A stretch of DNA of 64,000 nt, from the NCBI GenBank assembly GCA_964291495.2, contig OZ219872.1, positions 544,001 through 608,000 on the forward strand, written 5' to 3'. Each line of letters begins with the position of its first letter. Within the stretch, counting starts at the first letter, position 1. The translations under genes were made by a program, and so were the position numbers. Below are positions 28,530-38,344 of this stretch, piece by piece. The notes under the pieces were generated by a model. The model was not told where the DNA came from, did not search any database, and worked only from the letters and a program-made list of their open reading frames with translations. Source of the DNA: Dehalococcoidia bacterium (GTDB lineage: Bacteria; Chloroflexota; Dehalococcoidia; UBA2979).

Positions 28530-30167
28530 CTACGTCGTCTCTATCGGGCGCGTCACGGCGCGGCTGAGGCCCCAGGGCGGCGCGATCATGAACTGCGCGC
28601 CGATGCCGCCCGCGACGACGAGGTGGAACTCCTCGGGCGTGCGCGCCACCGGCACGCGGTCGGTGTGCTCGAACCAGCCGGGCGAGGACAGCGTGTAGCG
28701 CTTCTCCGGCAGCTCGGAGCGGTCGACGCGGGCGTGCTCGAAGAGAAACTGGCGCACGTCGTCCTTCGTCCAGCCCTCGTCGGCGAGGTTGGCCGCGTCC
28801 ACCGGGTTCATGATCACCAGGTGGTCGCCGGGGTAGCGGAAGGTGTTGGTGCCGAGTGTCGCGGCGACCGAGGCCGTCGCCGTCAGCATCTGCTCCGGCT
28901 CCGTGCCGATCATGCTCAGCACGTTGTGCGGCGGCTCGCACTTGAGCACCGTGACCGTGCTTGTCGAGGCGTCCGCGTGCTCCTCGTGCAGTGGCTGCCA
29001 GGGGTGACCCTCGAGGCGCTCGGCGAAGCAGTACGAGTACTGCGCGGCCGAGGCGTGCGTCGCGAGGCTGGAGCGGCCGGGGATCGAGCGCGCGACGTTG
29101 ATCAGCGTCAGGTTGACCGCCCGCCCGATCGTCGCGTTCGCACGGAAGCCCGGCCCGAGGCAACCCTGCCCCGAGGCGATGCCCAGCTCCTCGGCGATCG
29201 GGCCGCTGACGACGATCGCGACGCCGCCGGGATGGGTGGTGATCGCGGTGTGGAAGAAGCGGTACTCCGGCGCGGCCATCGCCCGCACCGCCGCCAGCAC
29301 CACGGGGAAGTACGCCGGGCGGCACCCGGCGAGCACCGCGTTGATCGCGAGGTTGCGCACCGTGATCGACGACCCGCTGGGCATCGGCGGTCCGATCAGC
29401 ACCTCCTCGGGCGGCAGCGGCGAGGCGGCGAGCATCGCCTCGACGCGCTCCCCGGTGGGCGCGACGACGGGGAAGCCGTCGCCGAGCTGGAGCGGCTCCA
29501 GGCGCTCATAGAGCGCGGCGCTTGCGTCGGCGTCATCGACCTCGATCTCCGTCAGCCCGGCGGCCGGATCGCCGACGGCCGGGTTGTCCGCCGCCGCCGC
29601 GGCGAGGCGCTCGGGTGGCATCGTCAGCGCCGCGACCACCGCCGCCGCGCGCTCGGCACGCGAGGCCGCGACGGCCTTGTCGTCCATGCCGCGCAGCCAC
29701 GGCGCCTCGATGACCGGCAGCCCGGGCACGTCGTGCGCGGCCATCGTCGCGGCGAGCGGGCCGCCCAGCCCGGTGGCGAGCAGCACGCAGGGCAGCCCCT
29801 CGCGCTCGAGGGAGAGCGAGAGCACGGTCGAGGAGGCCGTCACCCCGGCATGGCAGATCGCGATCACCAGCCCGCTGTAGCCGCCCGCGAGGATCTCCGC
29901 CCGCAGGCCGGCGAGCTCGTCCTCCTGGAACTGGATCAGATCCTCGTCACGGCGATCGATCGTCAGGTCCGCGACGGCTTCGTGAAGATCCTCGGCGAGC
30001 CAGTCGACCAGCGGTCCATAGCGCGGCAGCGAGGGCTGCACCTGGCCGTTGTCGATCAGCAGCAGCCGCGCGCCCTCGAGCGAGGCGGGCCGCGCTGCGG
30101 GCAACGCGTGCTCGCGCGACGGCGCGCCGGTGGGCGCGGGCAGCACGATGCGGCTCGATTCGCTCAC
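28530..30167 (-). CDS. Fusion of UGSC-like N-terminal domain and conserved uncharacterised domain (GDGFPVVAPT..RVEAML)
   Basis: N-terminal RPASLEG..LIDNG..LEREGLP; C-terminal LAINAVLAGC, GPGFRANATIGRA; GTG start after GAGGGAG. Confidence 0.7.
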   Translation of the reverse strand: MSESSRIVLPAPTGAPSREHALPAARPASLEGARLLLIDNGQVQPSLPRYGPLVDWLAEDLHEAVADLTIDRRDEDLIQFQEDELAGLRAEILAGGYSGLVIAICHAGVTASSTVLSLSLEREGLPCVLLATGLGGPLAATMAAHDVPGLPVIEAPWLRGMDDKAVAASRAERAAAVVAALTMPPERLAAAAADNPAVGDPAAGLTEIEVDDADASAALYERLEPLQLGDGFPVVAPTGERVEAMLAASPLPPEEVLIGPPMPSGSSITVRNLAINAVLAGCRPAYFPVVLAAVRAMAAPEYRFFHTAITTHPGGVAIVVSGPIAEELGIASGQGCLGPGFRANATIGRAVNLTLINVARSIPGRSSLATHASAAQYSYCFAERLEGHPWQPLHEEHADASTSTVTVLKCEPPHNVLSMIGTEPEQMLTATASVAATLGTNTFRYPGDHLVIMNPVDAANLADEGWTKDDVRQFLFEHARVDRSELPEKRYTLSSPGWFEHTDRVPVARTPEEFHLVVAGGIGAQFMIAPPWGLSRAVTRPIETT

Positions 30168-30328
30168 GGCTGCTCCCTCGCCATCCGGCGTTCGTCGCCC
30201 GCGAGGATAGCGCCTCGCGCCGCGCCGGGCGCGGACTCTCGCGCCGCGTTGACGGCGCGGCGGCGCGGGCCGTAGCGTGCTGGCGCCGCACACACAGTGC
30301 ACCAGGAGTGCGCCGCGAGGAGGTTGCG

Positions 30329-31258
30329 ATGTCGCCTGTGCATGCGCCAGCGGTGCTGCTGGACGGGCTGCTCTTCCCCGAGGGCCCGCGCTGGCACGAC
30401 GGCCGGCTCTGGTTCTCCGAGATGCACCAGCACCGCGTGATGACCGTCACCCCCGAGGGCGAACCGGACGTCGTCGCCGAGTGCTTCTTCCGCCCCTCCG
30501 GCCTCGGCTTCCTCGACGACGGCAGCGCGATCGTCGTCAACATGACCGACAGGCGCGTGATGCGCATCGCGGACGGCGCGCTCAGCGTGTACGCCGACCT
30601 CGCCGGGCTCATCTCCGAGAACCCCAACGACATGGTCGTCGACGCCTCGGGACGGGCTTACGTGAGCAGCCTCGGGCGGCGCGGCCCGCCGGACACGCCG
30701 AGGCCGGACCACCTCCGGCCCTTCGCCCCGCACATCGTGGCCTACTTCCAGGAGGCGGGCGTGGCGAACACGCCGGAGACGTCCGAGATCATCCGGGTCG
30801 ACCCGGACGGCTCGGCACACCTCGCGGCGGACGGGGTGATGTCGCCGAACGGGATGGTGATCACTCCCGACGGCGGCACGCTGATCTTCGCCGAGACCTA
30901 CGCCAACCGGCTCTCCGCCTTCGACATCGACGCCGACGGCGGGCTGCACAACAAGCGCGTCTGGGCCGAGGTCGGCAGCGCGATGCCGGACGGCATCTGC
31001 CTCGACGCCGAGATCGCGGTCTGGGTCGCCTCGCCATACACGAACGAGTTCGTGCGCGTCCGCGAGGGCGGCGAGATCGCCGACCGCATCCCGCTGCAGG
31101 AGGGCAAGCTCGGCGTTGCCTGCATGCTCGGCGGCGAGGACCGGCAAACGCTTTTCCTGCTCACCTCGATCCGCCCGACGCGCAAGATCGTCCCGGGCCG
31201 CACGCGCGGCTTCATCGAGACGGTGCGCGTCGACGTGCCGGGCGCGGGCCGGCCATAG
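30329..31258 (+). CDS. SMP-30/gluconolactonase family protein
   Basis: FPEGPRWHDG, PNDMVVD, PNGM, PDGICLD. Confidence 0.93.
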   Translation: MSPVHAPAVLLDGLLFPEGPRWHDGRLWFSEMHQHRVMTVTPEGEPDVVAECFFRPSGLGFLDDGSAIVVNMTDRRVMRIADGALSVYADLAGLISENPNDMVVDASGRAYVSSLGRRGPPDTPRPDHLRPFAPHIVAYFQEAGVANTPETSEIIRVDPDGSAHLAADGVMSPNGMVITPDGGTLIFAETYANRLSAFDIDADGGLHNKRVWAEVGSAMPDGICLDAEIAVWVASPYTNEFVRVREGGEIADRIPLQEGKLGVACMLGGEDRQTLFLLTSIRPTRKIVPGRTRGFIETVRVDVPGAGRP

Positions 31259-31266
31259 GCGCCGGC

Positions 31267-31704
31267 GTGGCGGGCAATCCGGACATCGAGCCGCGGCTGC
31301 TCGAGCTGATCGGCAAGGTCCCCTTCTGGGAGACGATCGGCATCCAGCTCGACGATGCCGAGGTCGGCCGCGTGCGGCTGCGCCTCGCGATGCGCGAGGA
31401 CCTGCGCACCTTCGGCGAGCGGCGCGTGCTGCACGGCGGGGCGATCGCGACGCTGATCGACTCCGCCGCCGCCTCGGCGACCCGCACCCTGCGAGGGGAG
31501 GACGAGCCGCCCTGGCGCGGCCTCGCGACCACGGACATGCACGTCAGCTACCTCGCCGCGGTCACCGGCGGCGAGGTCACGTCCGAGGCGCGCGTGCTGC
31601 GGGCCGGACGGTCCGTCGCCTTCCTCGATGTCGAGGTGCGCAACGAGGACGGCGATCTCGTCGCCCGGGGGTCGGCCACGATGCAGATCCGCCGGGCGGA
31701 CTGA
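31267..31704 (+). CDS. PaaI family thioesterase
   Basis: VLHGGAIATLIDSA hot-dog motif. Confidence 0.9.
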   Translation: MAGNPDIEPRLLELIGKVPFWETIGIQLDDAEVGRVRLRLAMREDLRTFGERRVLHGGAIATLIDSAAASATRTLRGEDEPPWRGLATTDMHVSYLAAVTGGEVTSEARVLRAGRSVAFLDVEVRNEDGDLVARGSATMQIRRAD

Positions 31705-31727
31705 GCAGGCCGAGGAAGGACACGCGC

Positions 31728-33026
31728 ATGGCCGAGCAACGACCGGGCTCGATGGAGATGATCGCGACGACCGCCCACCCTGGGCCCGCAGTCCAGATCA
31801 CGCCGTTCATCTACATGTCGGCCGGCACCAGCAACAGCTACTACGTCACCACCGAGGACGGCGACGTGCTGATCAACGCCGGGATGGACTTCGAGGCTCC
31901 CGTGCACCATCGCAAGTTCGCGGAGGTCAGCGATGGGCCGCTGCGCTACATCGTGCTCACGCAGGGGCACGTCGACCACGTCGGCGGGGTGCCCGAGTAC
32001 CGGCGCGAAGGCGTGCAGGTGGTCGCGCACCGCAACCTGCGGCGCTGCCAGGAGGACGACCGCCGCATCCCCGGCTACCGCCACTGGCGCAACAAGGTCT
32101 TCTTCGGCCGCGGCGTGCGCGTGACCGCCCCCGAGCCGGTCGTCCCGGACATCGCCTTCGACCAGCGCTACGACTTCGAGTTGGGCGGGCTGCGCTTCGA
32201 GCTGCATCACGCGCCGGGCGGCGAGACCATCGACAGCGCCTGCGTACACCTGCCCGATCACGACATCCTGTTCAGCGGCAACATCCTCGGCCCGCTCTTT
32301 CCCACCCTCCCGAACCTCTACACGATCCGCGGCGACAAGTACCGCTTCGCCGACGCCTACATCGAGACGGTCGAGCTGCTGCGCGACCTGCAGCCCGAGC
32401 TGCTCATCACCGGCCACTTCGACCCGATCAGCGGCCGCGAGCACATCGCGCGCGAGCTGACGCGGCTGCGCGACGCCGTCGCCTACGTACTCGAGGAGAC
32501 GCTGAAGGGGATGAATGCGGGCAAGAACCCCTACGAGTTGATGCGCGAGATCCGGCTGCCCGAGGGCCTCGAGGTCGACGAGCGTTACGGGAAGGTCGCC
32601 TGGGACGTGCGCGGGATCTTCGAGTCCTACGGCGGCTGGTTCCACTTCGACTCGACCACGGAGCTGCTGGCGGACGCACCCTCCTCGATTAACGCCGAGG
32701 TCGCCGCGCTCGCCGGCGTCGCCGCTCTCGCGCGGCGCGCGCGGGAGCTGCTGGACGGCGGCGAGGCGGGCCACGCGATCCGCCTGGCGGAGATGGCGCT
32801 GGCGGGAGACTCGCGCCATCGGGACGCCCTCGAGGTCTACCGCGACGCCCACCAGGTGCTGCTCGAAAGCGCTGGCGCGAACATGTGGGACCTGCGCTGG
32901 CTGCGTCGACAGGTGCGCGGCGCCGATCGCCTGCTCGCCGCCGAGCCGGACTCCGAGGACTGGGCGCGCACCGAGGGCGAGCCGCGCATCGCCCGCTGGA
33001 TGATGGACCCACCCGAGGCGCCCTGA
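31728..33026 (+). CDS. Alkyl-sulfatase-like MBL-fold hydrolase
   Basis: TQGHVDH, PGGET, PNLYTIRG, YGGWF. Confidence 0.88.
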   Translation: MAEQRPGSMEMIATTAHPGPAVQITPFIYMSAGTSNSYYVTTEDGDVLINAGMDFEAPVHHRKFAEVSDGPLRYIVLTQGHVDHVGGVPEYRREGVQVVAHRNLRRCQEDDRRIPGYRHWRNKVFFGRGVRVTAPEPVVPDIAFDQRYDFELGGLRFELHHAPGGETIDSACVHLPDHDILFSGNILGPLFPTLPNLYTIRGDKYRFADAYIETVELLRDLQPELLITGHFDPISGREHIARELTRLRDAVAYVLEETLKGMNAGKNPYELMREIRLPEGLEVDERYGKVAWDVRGIFESYGGWFHFDSTTELLADAPSSINAEVAALAGVAALARRARELLDGGEAGHAIRLAEMALAGDSRHRDALEVYRDAHQVLLESAGANMWDLRWLRRQVRGADRLLAAEPDSEDWARTEGEPRIARWMMDPPEAP

Positions 33027-33047
33027 CTCCGTTCCCTTCCGGTCCTG

Positions 33048-33790
33048 TGGGAGGCTGCGCCCCCCACACCCCCATCCCGGACGAGCACGCTGCGCGGCTC
33101 GGGCCCACCCACCCGCCCTCGGATTTCTTTCCTGTGGGGGCTGCGCCCCCGCACCCCCCGGGGCCCCGAGGTCGCACCCGCCTCCCGAGGGCGGTCCGGT
33201 CCCCTCTCCCCGAGGGAGAGGGCGGAGGGTGAGGGAGGCACCCGCCTCCGGCCCCCTCTCCCCTCGCGGGAGAGGGCGGGGGTGAGGGGGCGCCGCGCGT
33301 CAGCGCGGCCAGCGGGCGCATGGGGGTTGCGAGGGCGCGGCGACAGCCTCGAGGGCGCGCGCTCCGGCTACGCCGGAGTCCCCCTCACCCGCGGGGGTGT
33401 GGGGGGAATCCCCCCACAGAGCACTGGCTCTCCCGCCGGGGGGAGAGGGGATCGGAGGGAGCACCCTCCGAGAGTTCCGAAGGCATTCCGGTCCCCTCTC
33501 CCCGAGGGAGAGGGCGGAGGGTGAGGGAGGCGCCCGCCTCCGGCCCCCTCTCCCCTCGCGGGAGAGGGCGGGGGTGAGGGGGCGCCGCGCGACGGCGCGG
33601 CCGGCGGGCGCACGGAGGTCGCGAGGGCGCGGCGACAGCCTCGAGGGCGCGCGCTCCGGCTATGCCGGAGTCCCCCTCACCCTAACCCTCTCCCGCCGGG
33701 GGAGTGGGGAGCGGAGGGAGCGCCCTCCGAAAGTCCCGGAGGGTGGTCCGGTCCCCTCTCCCCGCGGGAGAGGGCGGAGGGTGAGGGAGA
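33048..33790. repeat. Mosaic repeat: module B plus ~292-bp tandem units with multiple triplex motifs
   Basis: Units start near 33196, 33488 and 33748 (partial); lies between convergent genes. Confidence 0.9.
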
Positions 33791-33824
33791 CTCCGGCGAG
33801 CGGGCTGCGGTGAGGACCGCAGCG

Positions 33825-34925
33825 CTACGCGGGGCCGAGTTGCATTGCCTCGATGGCGTCGTAGGCTTCCTCGATCAGGTCGAGGATGACCTGGCGGACG
33901 GGCTTGATCTCGCGGATGAAGCCGACGCCCTGGCCGGCGGCGACGCCCTGCCAGTCGCGCAGCTCGTGCTCGTCGATCGCCTGGCGCAGCTTGTTGTTGA
34001 GCAGGCCCTGCAGCGGCATCGGCAGGTGCTGCGGCGCGTCCGCCGACTCCCACGACTCGACGTAGCGGTTGCGCACGCCTCGAGAGCGCTTGCCGTCGCC
34101 GGCCGTCGAGACCCAGGCGTCCTGCGCCTTCGCGTCGAGCAGCTTCTGCTTCGCCCACATCTCCGTCGCCGACTCGTGCGTCGCCTGCCACATCGTGCCC
34201 GTCCAGACGCCGACGGCCCCGAGGGTGAGCGCGGCCACGATGTGGCGGCCGGTGGTGACGCCGCCCGCGGCGAGGATCGGCGTGTCGAACTCGCGCGCCA
34301 GCTCGACGACCTCGGGCACGATCGAGAAGGTGCCGATGCGCCCGGTGTGACCGGCCGAGTCCTGGCCCTGCGCGATCAGCAGATCGAGCCCGGCCTCCAG
34401 CTCGCGCCGGGCCTGGCGGGCGAGGCCGATCAGGCCCCAGACCTTCACACCGGCGTCGTGCATCTCGTCGAGGATGAAGGCGGGGCTTCCGAGGCCGGAG
34501 GCGAAGATCGGGATCCGCTCCTCCATCATGATCTCGAGCTTGGTGCGCGTGTCGCGCAGGCCGCGCAGGCGCACGTCCTCGGGGGGCGGACCCTTCGGGT
34601 CCGGGATGTCGTTGTCGCGCATCAGCTGCTCGACCCAGTCGCGGTGGCCCTGCGGGATCTGGGCCTCCAGCTCCTCCTGGTTGCCGCGCACGTAGGACGA
34701 GGGAATCGTGATGTCGACGCCGTAGGGGCGGTCGCCGACGCGCTCCTTGATCCATTTGATGTCGGCCCGCATCTCCTCGATCGTGTGCGTGCTGGCGCCA
34801 AGGACGCCGATGCCGCCGGCGTTGGAGGCGGCGGCGGTCACGTCGCGCGTGTGCGCGAAGGCGACGATCGGGTATTCGGCGCCGTACTCCTCGCAGAGCC
34901 GGGTGTGCAGTGGGTCGCCGGTCAT
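33825..34925 (-). CDS. Nitronate monooxygenase family flavoprotein
   Basis: SNAGGIGVLG, IAQGQDSAGHTG, LAAGG, GVWTGT. Confidence 0.9.
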   Translation of the reverse strand: MTGDPLHTRLCEEYGAEYPIVAFAHTRDVTAAASNAGGIGVLGASTHTIEEMRADIKWIKERVGDRPYGVDITIPSSYVRGNQEELEAQIPQGHRDWVEQLMRDNDIPDPKGPPPEDVRLRGLRDTRTKLEIMMEERIPIFASGLGSPAFILDEMHDAGVKVWGLIGLARQARRELEAGLDLLIAQGQDSAGHTGRIGTFSIVPEVVELAREFDTPILAAGGVTTGRHIVAALTLGAVGVWTGTMWQATHESATEMWAKQKLLDAKAQDAWVSTAGDGKRSRGVRNRYVESWESADAPQHLPMPLQGLLNNKLRQAIDEHELRDWQGVAAGQGVGFIREIKPVRQVILDLIEEAYDAIEAMQLGPA

Positions 34926-34946
34926 CGCGGTGGTCCTTTCGGTTAG

Positions 34947-34983
34947 GCCCTCACCCTCACCCTCTCCCGCGCAGGGAGAGGGG
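34947..34983. repeat. Single triplex-type motif (reverse orientation)
   Basis: CCCTCACCCTCACCCTCTCCCGCGCAGGGAGAGGGG. Confidence 0.8.
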
Positions 34984-34995
34984 ACAGTCACGCCG

Positions 34996-36660
34996 CTAGC
35001 GCGGGGCGAGCCAGCGGAACTCCTGAGGCTTGCGCTTCGCCTGCGGGTCGATCGGGACGTGGATCAGCGAGGGGCCGTCGAGCGTCAGCGCCTCCTGCAG
35101 CGCCGCCTCGATTTGCTCCGGCGTCTCGCAGTGGTAGCCCACGCCGCCGAGGCCTTCCATCACCTTGTCGTAGCGCGTGCCGGGGTTGAGGCCGCCGGGC
35201 GGCAGGTTCTCGCGCTCGAAGTGCTCGAGCGGCGTGCCGCCGATGCCGTTGTTGTTGACCACCACCCAGGTGATCGGCAGCCCGTGGCGCACCGCGACCT
35301 CGCACTCCATGCCGGCGAAGCCGAACGCCGAGTCGCCCTGCACGCAGATCACGCGCTGGTCCGGGTGCTCCACCTGCGCGGCGACCGCGAAGCCGTGACC
35401 GAGGCCCATCGAGCCGAAGCTGCCCGCGTCGAGCCGCTGGCGCGCCGCGAAGTTGTCGAGCAGCGTACGCCCGATCGCCATCGTGCCCTCGCCCTCGGTC
35501 ACGTAGACCGCGTCGCGCGGGGCGAGCCGGCGGACGATGTCGAGCGTGGTGTAGTAGCCGAACGGCTCGCCGTCGCGACCCGCGCCGATCATGCCCTCGA
35601 CCATCTCCTGGTTCTTGCGCGCCTCGGCGCGCACGGTCTGCAGCCACTCCGAGTCCTGCGGGAACTGCCACGGCTCCTCGTCGAGGGCGTCGAGCAGCTG
35701 GCCCAGCGTCACCTTCGCGTCGCCGACAAGGCCGACCTCGGTCGGCACGTTGACGCCGATCTCCTCGGGGTTGGAGTCGAGCTGGACGACGCGCACATCG
35801 TCGCGCCAGCGCGGCGGCTGGCCGAAGTGCAGCATCCAGTTGAGGCGTGCGGCCCCGAGGAAGACGAGGTCCGTGTTCTTGAGCACGAAGCTGCGCGCCG
35901 CCGCGATCGACTGCGGGTGGTCGTCGGGCAGGATCCCGCGCGCCATCGGCATCGCGAGGTAGGGGATGCCTGTCTGCTCGACGAAGCGGCGCATCTCCGC
36001 CTCGGCGCGGCCGAAGGAGATGCCCTTGCCGATCACGATCAGCGGCTGCTCGGCGGTCTTGAGGGCAGCGAGGGCGTCGGTGACGGCGGAGTCGTCGGCG
36101 CGCAGGCGCGGCGGGTCGGGCACGCGCGGGGCCCACTCGACGTCGTCCTCGTCGACCTCGTCGAAGATGATGTTGCCGGGCAGGTCGAGGTAGCTGGGGC
36201 CGGGCGTGCCGTTGATCGCCTTGCGCACGGCCTCGGCGACGTAGAGGGGGAGGCGCTCGGTGCTCTCGGCGCGGCGCGCGTACTTGGCGTAGGGGGCCAT
36301 CGCGGCGACCTGCTCGGCCTCCTGGAAGTCGCCCATGTCGGCGCGGGTCGCGTCGGAGGCGCCGCCGAGCATGAGCAGCGGCCAGCGGTTGGACCAGGCG
36401 TTGGCGAAGGCGCCGACGGCGTTGAGCGCGCCCGGTCCGGAGACGACGAGGCTGACGCCGATGCGGCCGTTGAGGTAGCCGGTGGCCTGTCCGGCGTAGG
36501 TGGCGGGCATCTCGTGGCGCATGCCGTAGTAGCGGATGCCCTCGCGCTGGGCGGCGGCGGCGATGCCGCTGACGGGGATGCCGACCACGCCGTAGATGGT
36601 CTCGACGCCCTGCGTCTTGAGTGCGCGCGCGATGATGGTCTCGCCGTTGATCTTCGCCAT
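34996..36660 (-). CDS. TPP-dependent 2-hydroxyacyl-CoA lyase / oxalyl-CoA decarboxylase family
   Basis: YGVVGIPV, MRHE, DFQE, RLDAGSFGSMG, GDSAFGF..NNNG. Confidence 0.9.
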   Translation of the reverse strand: MAKINGETIIARALKTQGVETIYGVVGIPVSGIAAAAQREGIRYYGMRHEMPATYAGQATGYLNGRIGVSLVVSGPGALNAVGAFANAWSNRWPLLMLGGASDATRADMGDFQEAEQVAAMAPYAKYARRAESTERLPLYVAEAVRKAINGTPGPSYLDLPGNIIFDEVDEDDVEWAPRVPDPPRLRADDSAVTDALAALKTAEQPLIVIGKGISFGRAEAEMRRFVEQTGIPYLAMPMARGILPDDHPQSIAAARSFVLKNTDLVFLGAARLNWMLHFGQPPRWRDDVRVVQLDSNPEEIGVNVPTEVGLVGDAKVTLGQLLDALDEEPWQFPQDSEWLQTVRAEARKNQEMVEGMIGAGRDGEPFGYYTTLDIVRRLAPRDAVYVTEGEGTMAIGRTLLDNFAARQRLDAGSFGSMGLGHGFAVAAQVEHPDQRVICVQGDSAFGFAGMECEVAVRHGLPITWVVVNNNGIGGTPLEHFERENLPPGGLNPGTRYDKVMEGLGGVGYHCETPEQIEAALQEALTLDGPSLIHVPIDPQAKRKPQEFRWLAPR

Positions 36661-36804
36661 CGGACCCCGCCTTCCGTGCGGCTGTGACGTGTGCGTGCGC
36701 GATGGTACGTGATCGCACCGTTGACCGCGCAGCCGGGTGCGTGCGCATCGCGAATCTCGGCACTCGGCGCTACCGCAAGTGCTCTCTGCTGCGCTATAGT
36801 GCTT

Positions 36805-36820
36805 CTGCGAAGATTCGCAG
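36805..36820 (+). promoter_or_regulatory. Candidate operator palindrome between -10 box and RBS of the Fur-family gene
   Basis: CTGCGAA-GA-TTCGCAG just after TATAGT (36795-36800). Confidence 0.5.
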
Positions 36821-36829
36821 GAGGCAACC

Positions 36830-37270
36830 GTGAGCTGCGAGCCCGAGATCGCACAGGCCGTACGGGATCGAGGCCGCAGGCTGACCATCCAGCGCGCCAA
36901 GATCCTCAGCGCGCTGCGCCACGCCAGCGACCACCAGAGCGCCGAGCAGATCCTCGAGCGCGTCCGCGACAACGACCCCCACGCCGACATCTCGCTCTCC
37001 ACCGTCTACCGCACCCTCGAAACTTCGACCGACCTGCACCTCACCTCGGAGCTGCGCGGCGCCTCCGGCATCTCCGTCTTCGAGTGGAACGACCCGGACA
37101 CGACGCACCACCACCTGGAGTGCCGCGACTGCGGCACGACCGAGGAGGTCGACCTCTCCTCGCTGCAGCTGGCGGAGGCGGAGATCCGCGAGCGTAGCGG
37201 CTTCCAGGCCGACATCCGTCACCTGGCGATTCCCGGTCTCTGCGTGGACTGCGGCCCGGCCGGCGGATAG
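36830..37270 (+). CDS. Fur family metalloregulator (Nur/Zur-like)
   Basis: RLTIQRAKIL, STVYRTL, HHHLECRDCG, GLCVDC. Confidence 0.93.
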   Translation: MSCEPEIAQAVRDRGRRLTIQRAKILSALRHASDHQSAEQILERVRDNDPHADISLSTVYRTLETSTDLHLTSELRGASGISVFEWNDPDTTHHHLECRDCGTTEEVDLSSLQLAEAEIRERSGFQADIRHLAIPGLCVDCGPAGG

Positions 37271-37285
37271 GCGAAGGAGCGAACG

Positions 37286-37984
37286 ATGGCAGCAACCGAC
37301 GCAACAGCCACCCTCGCGAGCTCGGTCGAGCCCGCCCTGCACATCCCCGACGGCTTCGTCAGCGCGCCCGTCGCCGCCGCCGGCTGGATCGCCGCCGCCG
37401 GCCTGATCGCCTTCGCCGCGCGCCGCGCGGAGCGCGACCTCGATGAGCGCGCGATCCCGCTGATGGGCGTCGCCGCCGCCTTCATCTTCGCCGCGCAGAT
37501 GGTCAACTTCCCCGTCGCGGGCGGCACGTCGGGACACCTGCTCGGGGGCGCGCTCGCGGCGATCCTGCTCGGGCCGTGGGCTGCGATCATCGTGATGACC
37601 GCCGTGGTCGCGCTGCAGGCGCTGCTCTTCCAGGACGGCGGACTCGCCGCCCTCGGCGTGAACACGCTCAACATGGGCGTGATCACCGTGCTCCTCACCT
37701 GGGCCGTCTACCGAGGGCTCGAGCCGCTCTCGCGCCTGCACCCGGTCGTGCCCGCCGTCGCCGCCTTCGCCGCAGCCTGGCTCTCCGTCGAGGCCGCGGC
37801 CGTCGCGACGGCGTTCCAGCTCGCTCTTTCCGGGACGTCGGCGCTCGCCGTCGCGCTGCCCGCGATGGTCGGCGTGCACGCGCTGATCGGCATCGGCGAG
37901 GGCCTGATCACCCTCGGCGCGCTCGCCCTGGTGCGCGCCGCGAGGCCGGACCTGCTTTCCCGGCCGGCGCGGGCGGGAGCGTAA
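37286..37984 (+). CDS. cbiM: ECF Co/Ni transporter S component CbiM/NikM
   Basis: HIPDGF, GTSGHLLGG, LFQDGG. Confidence 0.92.
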   Translation: MAATDATATLASSVEPALHIPDGFVSAPVAAAGWIAAAGLIAFAARRAERDLDERAIPLMGVAAAFIFAAQMVNFPVAGGTSGHLLGGALAAILLGPWAAIIVMTAVVALQALLFQDGGLAALGVNTLNMGVITVLLTWAVYRGLEPLSRLHPVVPAVAAFAAAWLSVEAAAVATAFQLALSGTSALAVALPAMVGVHALIGIGEGLITLGALALVRAARPDLLSRPARAGA

Positions 37985-37986
37985 CG

Positions 37987-38319
37987 ATGGGCCGCCGCAA
38001 CCTCACGCTGCTGGCGGGCGGGATCGCCGTCGCGCTGCTCGTCGTCTTCGCCCTCGCGCCCAACGCCTCGGCCCAGCCGGACGGCCTCGAGCGCGTCGCC
38101 GAGGACGAGGGCTTCGCCGACCGGGCGCAGGACGCGCCGCTCTCGCTGCTGCCGGACTACACGATTCCCGGCGTCGAGGACGAGGCGGTCTCGACGATCC
38201 TCGCGGGGGTGATCGGGGTGGCCGTGGTCGCCGCGATCGCGCTGCTCGCCGGCTGGGCCCTGCGCGCGCGTTCGTCCCGCCGAGAGGCACGCGACGCGGC
38301 CTCGATCGGGCCGCCCTAG
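37987..38319 (+). CDS. PDGLE domain protein (NikN-like)
   Basis: ASAQPDGLERVA, LLPDY. Confidence 0.9.
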   Translation: MGRRNLTLLAGGIAVALLVVFALAPNASAQPDGLERVAEDEGFADRAQDAPLSLLPDYTIPGVEDEAVSTILAGVIGVAVVAAIALLAGWALRARSSRREARDAASIGPP

Positions 38320-38344
38320 CCCGCCGGGGCGCGGATCCGCCAAC

